A stretch of 64,000 bases of DNA. Origin: Octopus sinensis. Taxonomy: Eukaryota. Where the stretch lies: contig NC_042997.1 of the NCBI RefSeq assembly GCF_006345805.1, forward strand, positions 177,196,001 to 177,260,000, written 5' to 3'. A program made the position numbers and the translations under genes. Below, piece after piece: positions 1 through 13,341 of this stretch. The notes beneath the pieces were generated by a model. It was given only the letters and a program-made list of their open reading frames with translations. It did not search any database and had not been told where the DNA came from. Each line of letters begins with the position of its first letter. The first letter of the stretch is position 1.

Positions 1-318
1 CGCCGAGGTCAACTTTGCCTTTCATCCTTTCGGGGTCGATTAAATAAGTACCAGTTACACACTGGGGTCGATATAATCGACTTAATCCGTTTGTCTGTCC
101 TTGTTTGTCCTCCCTGTGTTTAGCCCCTTGCGGGTAGTAAAGAAATAGGTATTTCGTCTGTCTTTATGTTCTGAGTTAAAATTTCGCTGAGGTCGACTTT
201 GCCTTTCATCCTTTCGTGGTTGATAAATTAAGTACCAGTTGCGTACTGGGGTCGATGTAATCGTCTGCCCCCCCTCCCACAAAATTTCGGGCCTTATGTC
301 TAGGGTAGAAAAGAATAT
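1..318 (+). mobile_element. tRNA-derived SINE with Meta-domain-like core, head-to-tail dimer (5' part outside window)
   Basis: Core 'gccgaggtcgactttgcctttcatcctttcggggtcgat' occurs twice, joined at gaaataggtatttc (142-155). The core resembles the MetaSINE domain (from recall). Confidence 0.85.
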
Positions 319-1079
319 TAAGGCACACTGCGCCTACTTACTGAATCGGGAAGTGGACGAGTCAATGATACAACGACAACAAGAAACGTTTTAAGGCAAG
401 TCTTCCGCGAAAACAAACTTTTGCCTTGCGGATCACATATGTGTAATATAGGTCTGACAGAGACTGAATGAAGTTTAAGAAAATATATTGTCCATTGTGC
501 TAGTCGATAGTATGTTGTAAATGGTGAGAAAATAGTCATTGTTTAGTATTTCTTAGTTTCTCTTTCAATGACATTCATAGCCGAAACAAATTTAAGCCTG
601 CCTCTGATTTAGATGCTTCATGCGTTATTGTTTCTTGATATAGAACTGATACTGTAATGAAAGAACTTAAACAATTTGTAGTGGCGACGGTGACAATGAT
701 AGCGGTGTAAAAAATTTACAGAGAATGTGATGATAGTGTTGTTGTTGTTGTTTAAGTTGTTTTTGTTACCGATAATTGTTATTGCTGTGATGGTAATGAA
801 TGTTGTTGATGGTTAGGATGAGGTTGAAGATGCTGTTACTAGTGAGGATGAGGATGCTGTTAATGATGATGGTGATGATGATGATGATGATGCTGATATT
901 GACAAATGCTCCGACGACTGTACTGAAATATGCTGATATGGATTTCTTACATTGGTATATGTCTACGACGTGACTTTGTTAACGGATTTGTCATTGCTTG
1001 GTACTAACACGAGGAAGTTTAGAGTTTTGATGCCGGTTAAGAGTTTACTAACATTTCAACCGAGATAATAATAATTCAC

Positions 1080-1260
1080 TCATTCCACTATTCATATTTT
1101 ACTGGATTTAAGTAATGGGGAAGCCCCTAAGTTTTTGTTCGACCAGCTAGAATTGGCAGCCAAAGTTTTCACACCACACACTACAGCCTTCAATGTAAGG
1201 TAGGACACTTAACAATGTGGTTCTAGATATGCTATGCCTGAAAGAAATAAAACCAGAGAA
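1080..1260 (+). pseudogene. Degenerate RTE-clade LINE reverse-transcriptase fragment (motif A-B region)
   Basis: Hand translation ILLDLSNGEAPKFLFDQL...TTAFNVR*DT*QCG resembles the RTE pattern G.P.K...L...F.V..GV.QGC. It has stops and is collinear with the relic at 2,690-3,450. Confidence 0.35.
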
Positions 1261-1978
1261 TGGTTAGATTTTAAACATTTTTTATCATAGGTTTCCTTGA
1301 TCCAGGTTGACTTTTGGCTTAACAAGAAGAACAACGTCTAAATATTTTCATTAATATATTGTGAATAAATTAACTTTACAGGAAAATAATTATTTCGAAC
1401 GTTTTACAAAGTAAATGTCGTCGTCGTCATCGTTAGTCTTTGGAGAAGATGGAGATTTTTTCCTTCCATTTCTCTTGCAATAACACATCATGTCATTGGT
1501 ACTTAAATTTCTCATGTTAATGTTTCATTATTATATATGAGAGTGGAGCTATGGACGCAAGCTTGTTAACTCTCAGCTTGTTTTTTTAGTGTTAGCAACA
1601 ATATGCTATTAACATTTTTTCCTGCCACTTCTCTCGGTGGCTTTGTCTTAAATTATCCCCAAGGTGTTAACGACATATCACCAGCAGTTAACTTTCCGTT
1701 TTGACCGATGTATGTCGTTTATTTTTCTGAGGATACAGTCTTGTTAACTCTTTAGCTTGTTATTCAGTTCTGCAACGGTATCCAAATTTGTAGCCCCAGT
1801 TCCCTAGACCTATTGGATTTGTCAAGTTTATAAACAGACAGGGTGCTTGCTATCTGAGATTAATCAATGAAATGTCGACGATTCTGATAGGAACCCAATA
1901 GGGTTCGAAAATCGATTAAAGCTTGTCTTCATTTTTCAATCAACGGAGAAATAGTTAAATTTACCCCGATTATATATC

Positions 1979-2026
<48 letters not shown>

Positions 2027-2039
2027 CATACTAAATAGT

Positions 2040-2275
2040 ATCAAATTGCCATATCACGGCCGTGTCTAACCAGTCGCTATGCTTGACCGCTAAGTCCACA
2101 AGTTTTTATTCTTTTTGTTTATTTTCTCTTATTCCTTTCTGTTGAAGAACATACACTCGAAACGTAAAATACTTTTTCAATTTCCTGGGCGTCAAACTAA
2201 TACATTTGCTTGTTGTTCACACACCTTTTGTTTTTATGTAAATTTCAATTATGTACTAACTAACTTACATATATT
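2040..2275 (+). mobile_element. Penelope-like pseudo-LTR fragment with degenerate hammerhead motif
   Basis: cttt-CTGTTGA-A-gaacatacactc-GAAACGTA-aaat (about 2,135-2,170) has the same layout as the HHR at 36,039 but with core and stem II changes. The 3' part is homologous to 40,345-40,410. Confidence 0.45.
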
Positions 2276-2689
2276 ATTAACACCAAAGTTATAACATCGT
2301 TGCTGATATCTTCTTAATGCATTTAATCAAGTTAAAATTATATCTCGAGCCTACAGACTTGTTAGACCAGAGCTTATCCTGTTGCCGTAGTGTTTAAGCC
2401 ACTCATAGTACAAGGTTACCTCCTGGTTAGGGCACCAGTCTATTTCAGTGTTAAAGTTCTCTTCGAGCTGACGCTGTGATCGCTTTTCAACCCAGTGAAG
2501 TGCAGCAACGTGAAATTAAGTGCCTTGCTAAAGAACATAGTTTCAGTCAGGTCAGAGAATTGAACCTACGACTTGACGATCGTGAGTCCTGTACCCAAAC
2601 CTTTACACCACACATCTAACTGTTTACTGTTTTTACTCTTTCCTGCGAAAATGGCATTGCTATACTGGAGAGTTCACATCTAGAACTTA

Positions 2690-3450
2690 TTGTATATCGA
2701 TAACTTTACAGCGAAGATTTGTTAGGCGTTTGTGTGAAACATAATTGTTATTCACAAATGATCCAAATACGGATTAGCGTCAAATTCGTTACAGCCGCTG
2801 GATTAGTTCAGGTTCGTGTTAGTTTTCATAGTCATGTGTTTACGTTTATCATATCTGCAAATGGTGGAAACGATATATAGTGGATAACTTGCACAAGGAA
2901 TGATTTCTCAATGCCGCAGAGTTCCCAGTGACGAATTAAATAAGTCTCTCGCTTTATAAATTTACAGATTTATCACAATTTACATAAATGTGTTGATCCA
3001 ACTCCCACACCATCCTTAACCGCTGTAGTGCTGTTAAGTTTTACGAGTCTTCAAGGAAATCGTGTGGTTATACATTGTAATGTTACGTGAAGTAACTAAA
3101 ACTATTCACATGAATTTCTCATTAGACTTTCCCCAATTAAATGATGTTTTTATTATTTGTTGTTTCACAGGAGACAACATGCGGCTGAAAGCGCGAGAAA
3201 CTGAACTCAGAATTCTTAATCTATTGATAAGATTAATGGATTATATAGTTAGTGTAAATATATAGCCAAGAATTGTGCTCCACGCAGTTTTAGAAATGTT
3301 ATATTACATGTTTTTAATACTAAGAAAGAAGGGAAAGAGATTTGGATACATTCAGAAAGATATAGGGAGATAAAGTGAGAGAAAAAGAGAGTTAATAACA
3401 AAGCCAAGAAACAAATTATTGATATAGTGAGAGGTTTTCAGAAAATGTAG
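2690..3450 (+). pseudogene. Ancient RTE-clade LINE RT/thumb relic
   Basis: Collinear degenerate RTE motifs: LYSEDL (approx. YADD), KFVTAAGLV (approx. RF..AAGL), RLKARETELRILNLLIRLMDYIVSVNI (approx. RL.AFE...LR.IL.I...D.I.N..I) and ILRKKGKRFGYIQK (approx. IRKRRLRWFGHI.R), with stops and frameshifts between them. Confidence 0.6.
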
Positions 3451-4229
3451 CGTAAAGCAGCAATGTTTCTCATATGAGTAGGAACTGTGAGGATTGTATA
3501 GGATGTAGACCAATTGTCATGTACAACATTATGGTGAAGAAAAAAAAGAATAATACAGATGAACACTGTATTTTGTCTTCTTAATAAAAAAAGTGGAGAA
3601 GCAAAACATATTTTGTATAAAGTGAATAAATAAAGTTAGTGTTCGTTGCAGCGAAGTTAAACAAAATTGAAGCCAAATAATTCTCGAGAATGCTCCAATG
3701 CCTGTGAATTACTGGCGAGGGTGTATTTGAAAATCAAAAGAATTGATTTTTTTTTTCTGAATGCAGTCTCTGATATTGCTCATAAAATGTAAAGATTACA
3801 AACTTTAGACAAATATTACATAAAGGTGTGTGTAAAAAGTTTTTCCAGCATCTTACATCAGATCGATAATAGCTCCAGGTCAATAACAGCTCGAAATCAA
3901 TTTAATATTTGATACTAACTAGAAAAGCATGTGTGAACCTCACAAATTGTTATACTATTGAATAATAAATAATACTACATAGACACTTGAGATGATGGTG
4001 GTTAATACTTTATATACTGAATCCATTATTTAAGTATGTGTTATATTTAAGGTTCAGTCGTGCGAAATAAAAAAAACCCACCTTTTTTTACGTGTCTAAT
4101 TACGTCAGTTATATATTATATTGCTGAAAATCTACTAAAGAAATTTGGTGAGATAAAAAGAAGTCTTTCAATTACGTTGAAATACATCTGATGTCTAGTC
4201 TTAGATTATTTGCACAGCATGTAAAGGGC

Positions 4230-5165
4230 AGTGAATTGACAGTCAGAGAAAATGCATTTCAGTACTTCTGGCTCTTTGCACTCTGAGTTCAAATGCAGCC
4301 GAGATCAACTTTGTCTTTCATCACTTCTGAGTTGATAAAATGAAGTGCCAAGTACTGGGACCAATGGTATTGACAAATTCCCCACTTTCAAAATTTCCCT
4401 GAGTTTAGTTCCAGAATCGCTCCAGTAGCAAAAGTGATTTAATGTGGCACTTGCTGTTTAGATCAGTTCCTTCTTGCGGAATAATGGCATATCCTCTGTG
4501 CTTTTACCTAAATTAGAAACCCTTATTTGTACAGCATGAGAAAGGTGATACATTTGCAAATCAGAAAAAAAAATTCTTTGCAATATTTCTTTCGCTACTA
4601 AGGCAGCAAGCTGCCAGAATCGTTAGAACGCCGCATAAAAATGCTTTGCGGCATTTCGTCCGTCTTCATGTTCTGAGTTCAATTACTGCCGAGGCCGACT
4701 TTGCTTTTCATTCTTTCTGTTGTTCGATCTATACTAATCTACAAGGCTCATTGAATTAGTATGTAAATGTTTAGTATTCCACAGACATGTGTGCCCTAAA
4801 AATAATTCTCAGCGTGACACAATTTAATGAAATTGAACCTCGGAGTTACTGTTACAACTCAGTAACGAGCTTCCGTACAGTTTCCGTCAACTGAATTTCA
4901 TTCACAAGGGCTGGATCAACAGGACGCTATAGGAAGTAAGTGATGCCTACCCGACATGATACACAGTGGGATGGAACCCGAGCCTTGTACTGGCCTTGTG
5001 CCAACATTTTAAACAAATATTTCTTCTGCAACTTTACATTCCGAGTTAATATCGAGCAGCGATCAACTTCACTTTTCATCCTTTCAGGGTTGGTCAAACA
5101 AAATACCAGTCATGTCGTAGATTCGACTGTCACTCTTTCCAAAATTTTATCTCTGCATCGACAAT
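4230..5165. mobile_element. Cluster of old SINE fragments (three Meta-core copies on +, one CORE-like fragment on -)
   Basis: Diverged 'ctgagttcaaat..gccgag..caactttg.ctttcatc' at about 4,280, 4,670 and 5,040. 'cagtttccgtcaactgaatttcattcacaagg' at about 4,878. Confidence 0.7.
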
Positions 5166-5699
5166 AGGATGGATCAATCTTGTACAAACCACTGCGTGTC
5201 AATTGATATGTCGCACAGGATTATACTTTGGTTGAATAAAAGTATTGTTCGAGGACAGCAAGAATTTCGTTCTCGCTGGATTCTAACTAAAATTCTTATA
5301 GAGACCTGCCAATATCAGAATTATGTTGAAACGGAGAGGAATAATTAGATAGTCATACACAAATGCTTTTTAGATTTATTCATTTAGCATAATTAAATTT
5401 TATTCATATCAAGCTGTTGGCGTTTAGTAATAGAAAATTAAGATATAACTATAAGAGTAGTTCATGACCTTTCTCTGTTTTTTTATATATTTAATGCAAT
5501 ATCAATTTAATGTGGCTAATTAAATTCTCTGGGCTAATGATTATCTTGCAAAAATATCTCAAAGGTATAGTTCAGAGTGCAATTATCTGCTTTATCAAAG
5601 AGAGAGACATCTTATAAACTACGAACTGATAACTTTTTGTTAAATAGTAACCTGCCATTTGACACTAAGTTTAACTGTTATTTAGCCGCGTATAATTAA

Positions 5700-6810
5700 C
5701 TTAGAGCATTTAGTTAAGTACAGGTCACCATACTTAATGAGGGGAACCCAAAAAAACTTTTAATTAGTTGAAATTAAACCCGTAATGAAAAGAAAAATCG
5801 TTAATGTTAATGAAAATGTCTCTCAAAAGATACAAGACAAAGAACTCTACCGTTGATAAGTTGGAATTAAACCTAATTAGAAACAAATTCAATTTAACTA
5901 AACTCTCTGTTCCTCGTTGATGTGATGGAGTTGAACTACATTAAATGTATCTGGCGGAGACATCGATACACATTTCTAAGTCACAACCAATTGCTGTTCT
6001 GGGACAGTTAAGGGGTCATAGTTTCATTTGCTCTCCTGAGCAGGATACATGAAAAAAAACACTTAAGAGAGATGCGGATTGTTCCTCATGTTCTTTCGAC
6101 TTTAAAGCCTATTTGTTTCAGTTTGTCATTGATCAAATAGCTTGACTCACATTTCAGAGAGAGAAAATAACTCTATAAGGGGAAAATCTTCCATAAGTAC
6201 TAATCTAGAGATACATCCAAGGGAATAACTCAGTTAATAATAGAGTTCAGTGATATTTCAGTTTTACTTCCTTAATTGGTTAAAAGATCATCACAAAGGC
6301 CGTTAACCTTTACAACTAATATATTGTCGTTTATGTTATGCATTAGTTCTCTCTACGGCAACGTTTATAACAATAGGTTGACATTGCTATCTACAAGCAT
6401 CCCAAGGGCGAGATGCGCCTGATTATGTATCGCTATATTTTCATTGGAAAATATATTGAATTTTAAGCATATATCCGCTCTACAATATTTAGTTCGCGAT
6501 CTCACTATTTGGGGAGCATATCTTTTGCAATAACAGTTAAATGTTCATCTTATTATAGCCAAAAGTAGGCTTTTGTATTGAATCCTCGAAACGCTACAAA
6601 CATTATGCCACTAAATTTAATAGTCATTTAGTGATATAACCAATTAAGATCAGTTAGTTTAGTACAAGACACCGTATTTAGTAAACCCCAAATAATTTTA
6701 ATCAACTGAAATTAAATCCGTAATGAAAAGATATTAGCGATTAAGAAAATTCGTATCAAAAGAGGCCAAGGATAGAAAATCATCGTTGATAAGTTAGAAT
6801 TGACATAATT
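5700..6810 (+). repeat. Diverged ~180-bp direct repeat pair (about 5,700-5,880 and 6,645-6,810)
   Basis: Shared blocks 'tgaaattaaa.ccgtaatgaaaaga', 'tcaaaaga' and 'cgttgataagtt.gaatt' about 940 bp apart. Confidence 0.65.
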
Positions 6811-7019
6811 ATCTCTATTCCAATATGAACATAATGATCTTTTATATTTATCGCAATCAATTATTGATACTTGGGAAAATTTGACTGTGGACTGTTATTG
6901 CTATCATTTACAGTTGCTTCCGGAATAAGAATGGGGGAGAGACAGCTTACTGAGAGATGGGAAAGAGGGCGAAGATTCCCTTTGAGGAGAGAGAACTGCT
7001 TCAGAGTTCATAAATTTTG

Positions 7020-7410
7020 CTATTGAGTTGGCAGAATCGTTAGGAAGACAGGCAAAATGCTTAGCGGTATTTCGTCCGCGTTTACGTTCTGAGTTCAAAT
7101 TCCACCGAGGTCGACTTAGCCTTTCATCCTTTCGGGGTCGATTAAATAAGTACCAGTTACGCACTGGTGTCGATATACTCGACTTAATCCGTCTGTCTGC
7201 CCTTGTTTGTCACCTCTGTGTTTAGCTCGTTGTGGGTAGTAAAAGAAATAGGTATTTCGTCCGCGTTTATGTTCTGAGTTCAAATTCCGCCGAGGTCGAC
7301 TTTTTATTTCATCCTTTTGGTGTCGATGAAATAAGTACTAGTGAAATACTGGGTTCATATAATCGACTATCCCCCTCCCCCAAATTTCAGGCCTTATGCC
7401 AATAGCAGAA
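7020..7410 (+). mobile_element. Meta-core SINE dimer
   Basis: tRNA-like head followed by two core units joined at gaaata-gg-tatttc (7,245-7,258). Confidence 0.85.
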
Positions 7411-8834
7411 AGGATTATTATTATTTCTGTTATTAGTATTTTTACGAGAGGTCTTTTCTTATGAGAAATATAATCCCATAATATATTGTCTGTCCCATAT
7501 AATCCATTTTCCTTTTCTTTCTTTTGGGAACAAATTTGATAGGTAGTTATACACCAAATTAAACTCTTACTGGGTATTTCATTATCTCCTCCTATTCCCG
7601 TTTGCATAATCGTCTTTCCTTCTTATGTACAAAATTCAAATATGAAGAAATACACCGAAGATGTGAACTTTGCTGCCGAGGTCAGTCACATGGGTTTTGC
7701 TTAAAAAGAAAACAAAGTTAATAGAAGTCTTGGAAGTGTCTATGACATTTGTAGGCCCCGTCAGTATGGTGTGATTGATACGGAAATTACCTAACCCGAA
7801 TAGTTGCTGGCAAAGAAAACGTAATGGCGAAAAAGCCGGAAATCTGGCTCGAATGTTTGTAACTGAATAAATCGTATTCAAGCGCCAAGTTCAACTTCAC
7901 TCTGAGCGTTTCATAGTGATTCTAGACGTTTTATAAACTTAATTCTGTATACATCAGGTCATTTATCCATCAGATGTAGATAACTATTTTTTCGAGGGAA
8001 TGGTACTTGTAATAGACTGGCGCCCTAACCAGGAGAGATTTATTTCTCATTAACTTGAAACAAATTTAGGTGAAAATAAGCGCTCGTCTGCATGAATGGC
8101 TCTGTTCTTAAGAGGTGTCTGCATGAGTGATTTTCTTCTTTAGAGACCAGAATTACAGTGACGATATTTCTAAGTAATGTTTCAAGTTTGGTCGTCTTAG
8201 ATACGAAACCACTTTTCTCTATATTTACTTAGATAACGCCCTGTAGAGAAAAATCAGAAACATTGCATTATCTATCTCATCATCCATAAATCTAATTCTC
8301 TTAATTTGCTTTCCTCTACTTTTCTTTCTTTCTGCATTTCTTTCTTTCTGCTTTCTTTCTGTCTTTCTTTCTTTTTTTCTTTATTCATATCCTCCGCTCT
8401 TTCTTTTTTCTTACCAGCATGCCTTTTTTAATCATCTTTATCAAATACCTCATTATCATCATTGTCATATTTCTCCTCCTCCTTTTCCTGTTTTTCCCCC
8501 ACCACCATCCTCCTCCACTACTACCACTTCATCATCATCATCATCTTTGTCGCCTTCTTTTTCTTTATCTTCATCAATCTTTCTTCATTATATTTGATTC
8601 TATAAGGATGAAATACAAGGGCGTCAGTGACGCGATTCAAACTTAAGATGTAATAAAATTATTCTAATAACGATGGCATTTAACATAGTTACAACGTCAG
8701 AAATTGGAAGGAAAGGACAGACAATTACACCGCTCCCGCCTATACTTATCTGGTACTTATGTTATCGATACCAGAGAGATAAAAGACAGAAACTGGCTGA
8801 AGTCAGAAAACAATGAGATATTCTCTTTAACTCT

Positions 8835-9195
8835 CTTTTACTTGTTCCAGTCATTTGACTGTGGCCATGCTGGAGCACCGCCTTTAGTCGAGTATATCGA
8901 CCCCAGGACTTATTCTTTGTAAGCCTAGTACTTATTCTATCGTTCCTTTTTTGCCGAACCGCTAAGTTACTGGGCCGTAAACACACCAGCATCGGTTGTC
9001 AAGCGATGTTGGGGGGACAAACATAAACACACAAACCCCTACACACACGTATATAGATATATATACATATACATATATGCGATGACGAGATTCTTTCAGT
9101 TTCCGTCTACCAAATCCACTCTCAAGGCTTTGGTCGGCCCGAGGCTATAGTAGAAGACACTTGCCCAAGGTGCCACGCAGTGGGACTGAACCCGG
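8835..9195 (-). mobile_element. tRNA-derived SINE with CORE-like centre ('ccttgggcaagtgtcttc') and AT/GT-repeat middle
   Basis: Homologous to the full copy at 47,946-48,340. Other copies lie at about 10,340-10,500, 11,945-12,115, 13,660-13,795, 40,095-40,605, 41,000-41,200, 48,790-48,950 and 61,185-61,300. Confidence 0.85.
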
Positions 9196-9454
9196 ATCGG
9201 AGGACTGTACTAACAATTCTGAAATTCACCACCTAACAACAACAACAAGGATACAGCGTCTATATTTTAGATTGACTAGCAAGAACTACCCTTCTGACTT
9301 CAAAAAGAGAAGGGCTCATAGGATAATAGTCATAGGTATGTACACATCCCGCAAAAAGAAAAGATGGGATAGTCATGGCTTGAAGGTCCTTGTTCATAGG
9401 TTGATTTCATCAAGGACAATTTCGGGCTAAACAACAACAACAGCAGCAAGAGCA

Positions 9455-9825
9455 GGAGGCGAAATGGCCCAGTGGTTAGGGCAGCGGACTCGCGGTCGGA
9501 GGATCGCGGTTTCGATTCCCAGACCGGGCGTTGTGTGTATTTATTGAGCGAAAACACTTAAAGCTCCACGAGGCTCCGGCAGGGTGGGGGGGGCGACCCC
9601 TGTTGTACTCTTTCGCTTTAACTTTCTCTCACTCTTTCTTCCTGTTTCTTGTCACCGACTTCCTACGCAACCGCTGAGCCTGGATGCGCATTCATACATC
9701 CGTCGATGCGCTCGGTGTCAGGGGTTGACCTGCTTTCTCTTCTGCGGGTCTTACGAATAGCAAAGGACCACGTTTCGGACTTCTCCCACAAAGGGACGAA
9801 GACCGCTTCGCTCAACAAACAAACA
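9455..9825 (+). mobile_element. tRNA(Arg)-like-headed SINE with 13-bp target-site duplication
   Basis: A box tggcccagtggttagg and B box ggtttcgattcc; TSD agcagcaagagca at 9,442-9,454 and 9,826-9,838. Confidence 0.85.
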
Positions 9826-10499
9826 AGCAGCAAGAGCAACAACAACATACAATAATAACTGTTTCCTAATAAACTGTATGGCAATACACATACAAAACAT
9901 TTAAACAGATTTGAGAGGAACGGACAATATATTATGGGATGTATAATGTACTTTGAGTGTGTGTGTGCTCAGTGCTTTCTTTACCTTCCATTATTTTAGC
10001 TAACTGATCCTTTCCAACACCACCATTCTTCCACTTACTCGTTCCCTCCTTCCGTTCTTCCTTCTTCCTTTCCTCTTTCGTTTATTTGTTAGTTTGCTTT
10101 TCTCCTCATCCTTATGACACTTCTTTTGATCTAACTCCATATTATCCAATATTTAGACATACTGAACAGGCCAACGTGTATCTCATTTTCTATTTCTCAA
10201 ATGAATTATCTGGGTTTTTTTTTCTCTTTTATACTTTATCTTTCTTATTCTTAATCTTATCTAATAGCTCAAAGTTTTCGCTTTTTTTTTTCTTTCCCTC
10301 ATCTCTGTTATCGTTTTTTTTCTACCTTTTCAGTCATTGGAATGCGTTGATGCTGGGGAACCGCCTTGAAGGGTTTAGTCGAACAAATCGATCCCAATAT
10401 TTATTTATTTTTAGGCCTGGTGCAAACTCTGTCTCTTTATTTGCCGAACCGCCGAAGTACAGGGTCATAAACAAACCCTCACTGGTTGTCCACCCACAC

Positions 10500-10601
10500 A
10501 AACACACACGCACGCACACATACATACATACATACACACATACATACACACATATATACACACAATACATACATACACACATACATACACATGTACATAC
10601 G

Positions 10602-10689
<88 letters not shown>

Positions 10690-10690
10690 A
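10500..10690. repeat. Compound (CA)n/(TACA)n/(TA)n microsatellite
   Basis: Directly visible. Confidence 0.95.
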
Positions 10691-10834
10691 AGAGCAATAA
10701 AGATTCAAGTTAATTTAAAAAATTTACTTGAATATGGTACCTAACTTAGATGCACCAAAAAAAAACTATACTGATTTAACAATACAGTAATGTGGGGTGA
10801 TTTAAGCGAGAAAGAAGCAACAAGAATGGATAGG

Positions 10835-10926
10835 TTTTTAGTACGATCGTTTCATACAAGGACAGGTTTTATTAAAAGTTGCAAAGATTACAGCATATAA
10901 ACGAGTCCCGTACTCATCAGCTAAAA
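10835..10926 (-). ncRNA. Minimal type I hammerhead ribozyme with extended stem II
   Basis: Minus strand reads TTTTAG-CTGATGA-GTACGGGAC...GTCCTTGTAT-GAAAC-GATC-GTA-CTAAAA: 6-bp stem I, intact core, palindromic helix III ACGATCGT. Confidence 0.75.
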
Positions 10927-11770
10927 TACATGTAAGTTCTCTAGACATCCTAGTGTTTGAGGCTATACTCATGAAGTAATGTAGATAATTAAACAGATTT
11001 CTAAAGTTCATTAAAGTTCCTTAAAGATGATGTATAGTCTTATCACAGAATTTTAAAAAAGTTTTGATAGCATCACAGAGAAGGTGACCTAATCCATATG
11101 AATTTCCATAGATATGATGAGGGATTATATACTCACAGAAGACAAATTTATCCATTGTTATTAGCATTACAGAGAGGGTGAATTAATCCTTTGTATATAT
11201 GCACAGATTCAATGGTGTAGATGTAAATTTCCAGAGAAATGGAGATGAATTTCATATCACAGGCGATAAATTTTACAATGGTTGAACACAATGAGGTAGG
11301 TACCAATCCTGGTTATATGATTAGGTGTTTGCCATATTAATCACACTACTGCTATTCACAAGAGGCTGTAGCTATTTAACTCTTAAAGGTTGAAGGGCTT
11401 ACTAGATCGGCCAAGAATAGAGAAGGGAATAGAAGAAAAGAGAGAAAATAATGGAGGAGGGAGCAAAAAAGGGGGGGGAAGGGGGACTAAGAGAGAGAAA
11501 AGGAAACAGAGAATAAGAAGAAGAAAAAGAAGAAAGAGAAAAGAGAAAGAAATAGGGAAAGAAGGGAAAAAAGAGAAAAAGAAAAAAGAGGGTTTGTTTT
11601 ACAGAAGAGCTAGTGACTGTAAGTCTGGTTTTAATCAACAGGCATCTAGGAACTGGAGGGGGAATATATTCTTTGACCAGTAAACCGTTTAATTAGAAAT
11701 CTGTTTAATTATCTACATTACTTCATGAGTATAGCCTCAAAACACTAGGATGTCTAGAGAACTACATGTA

Positions 11771-11860
11771 TTTTAGCTGATGAGTACGGGACTCGTTTAT
11801 ATGCTGTAATCTTTGCAACTTTTAATAAAACCTGTCCTTGTATGAACGATCGTACTAAAA
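11771..11860 (+). ncRNA. Hammerhead ribozyme, second (inverted) copy; core GAAAC reads GAAC
   Basis: ttttag-CTGATGA(11,777-11,783)...GAAC-gatc-GTA-ctaaaa; one A is missing from the core, either real or an assembly indel. Confidence 0.55.
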
Positions 11861-12447
11861 ACCTATCCATTGTTGCTTCTTTCTCGCTTATATATATATA
11901 TATATATATATATAAATGCAACGCACACACCACATATATATACATATATACGACGGACTTTTTTCAGTTTCCGTCTACCAAATCCACTCACAAGGCTTTG
12001 TTTGACCCGAGGTTATAGTAGAAGGCACTTGCCCAAGGTGCCACGCAGTGGGACTGAAACCGGAACCATGTGGTTGGTAAGCAAGCTACTTACCACACAG
12101 TTACTCCTGCGCCTATGTATGTATATATATATATAAAGGTAAGGGAAATTATAGAAGGAGCACATATAGGCAATTTTATACAAACTCCAAAGAATAATTT
12201 AAAACACAACGAAATAAATATACTTATAAATTTATAAATCAGTGAACAAAATTACATGCAGAAGTCATATGTGAAAACTATGCATAATGTACGTTGGGTT
12301 CAGCTACCGAATGGAGAAGTAACAGATAAAGAGATAAAAATTCGAGGTTCGGGCTTCCAAAAGGAGCTGTTCGAATAGATTAAGAATTTGATGTTTATAC
12401 GAAATATCGGATTATTACTTTCGAATGGATTATTACTATGTAGGAGT

Positions 12448-12827
12448 GGAGGCGCAATGGCCCCAGTGGTTAGGGCAACGGACTCGCGGTCGTAGGATCG
12501 CGGTTTCGATTCCCAGACCGGGCATTGTGAGTGTTTATTGAGCGAAAATACCTAAAGCTTCACAAGGCTCCTGCAGGGGTGGTGGTGAACCCTGCTGTAC
12601 TCTTTCACCACAACTTTCTCTCACTCTTTCTTCCTGTTTCTGTTGTACCTGTATTTCAAAGGGCCAGCCTTGTCACACTCTGTGTCACGCTGAATCTCCT
12701 CGAGAACTACGTTAAGGGTACACGTGTCTGTGGAATGCTCAGCCACTTGCACGTTAATTCCACGAGCAAGCTGTTCCGTTGATCGTATCAGCTGGGACCC
12801 TCATCGTCGTAACCGACGGAGTGCTCC
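12448..12827 (+). mobile_element. tRNA(Arg)-like-headed SINE nested in the fold-back element
   Basis: Same head as 9,455; its 3' part is shared with 22,770-22,980 and 59,590-59,720. Confidence 0.85.
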
Positions 12828-12894
12828 TATATACCATGTAGGATTTCATCACGAAGGAAACCATCCTGATGAGGGGGAACATTATGTTTATGTA

Positions 12895-13341
12895 TTTGGA
12901 TTACTTATTTATACATTTATTGTACCATTTATACATTTATTGTATAATTTATACATTTATTGTACCCCTGAATGTAGATGATATCCTTTACCCAAATTCA
13001 CCTGAATCAGTATATTTTTATTTTATCTCCCTATTTACCCCTGAATTTTTAAATTTTGAACTCTCATCCGACGTTTCGTATAAACATGAAATTCTTAATC
13101 GATTCGAACAGCTCCTTTGGATTACTTATTTATACATTTATTGTACCATTTATACATTTATTGTATAAATTATACATTTATTGTACCCGTGAATGTAGAT
13201 GATATCCTTTACCCAAATTCACCTGAATCAGTATATTTTTTATTTTATCTACCTATTTACCCCTGAATTTTTAAATTTTGAACTCTCATCCGACGTTTCG
13301 TATAAACATCAAATTCTCAATCGATTCGAACAGCTCCTTTT
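12895..13341 (+). repeat. Tandem duplication, ~221-bp period, two copies
   Basis: 'ttggattacttatttatacatttattgtacc...gattcgaacagctcctttt' repeats; the anchor base recurs at 12,900 and 13,121. Confidence 0.9.

Larger units (their letters stand above)
10700..11890. mobile_element. Fold-back Penelope-like element with ~200-bp inverted arms, between two (TA)n tracts
   Basis: Arms 10,803-11,004 and 11,693-11,890 are reverse complements differing only by a few small indels; each carries an HHR motif. Confidence 0.75.

Noticed and set aside
3171-3247. Apparent plus-strand exon with strong acceptor (DNMRLKARETELRILNLLIRLMDYI)
   Set aside because: Similarity to the RTE thumb region continues on both sides of the putative splice sites, so it is better read as a LINE relic. 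The same applies to 2,712-2,811 and 1,113-1,194.
11030-11300. C2H2 zinc-finger linker-like words (TGDKFY, TEDKFIHC)
   Set aside because: No CxxC/HxxxH spacing, several stops, and it lies inside a fold-back element.
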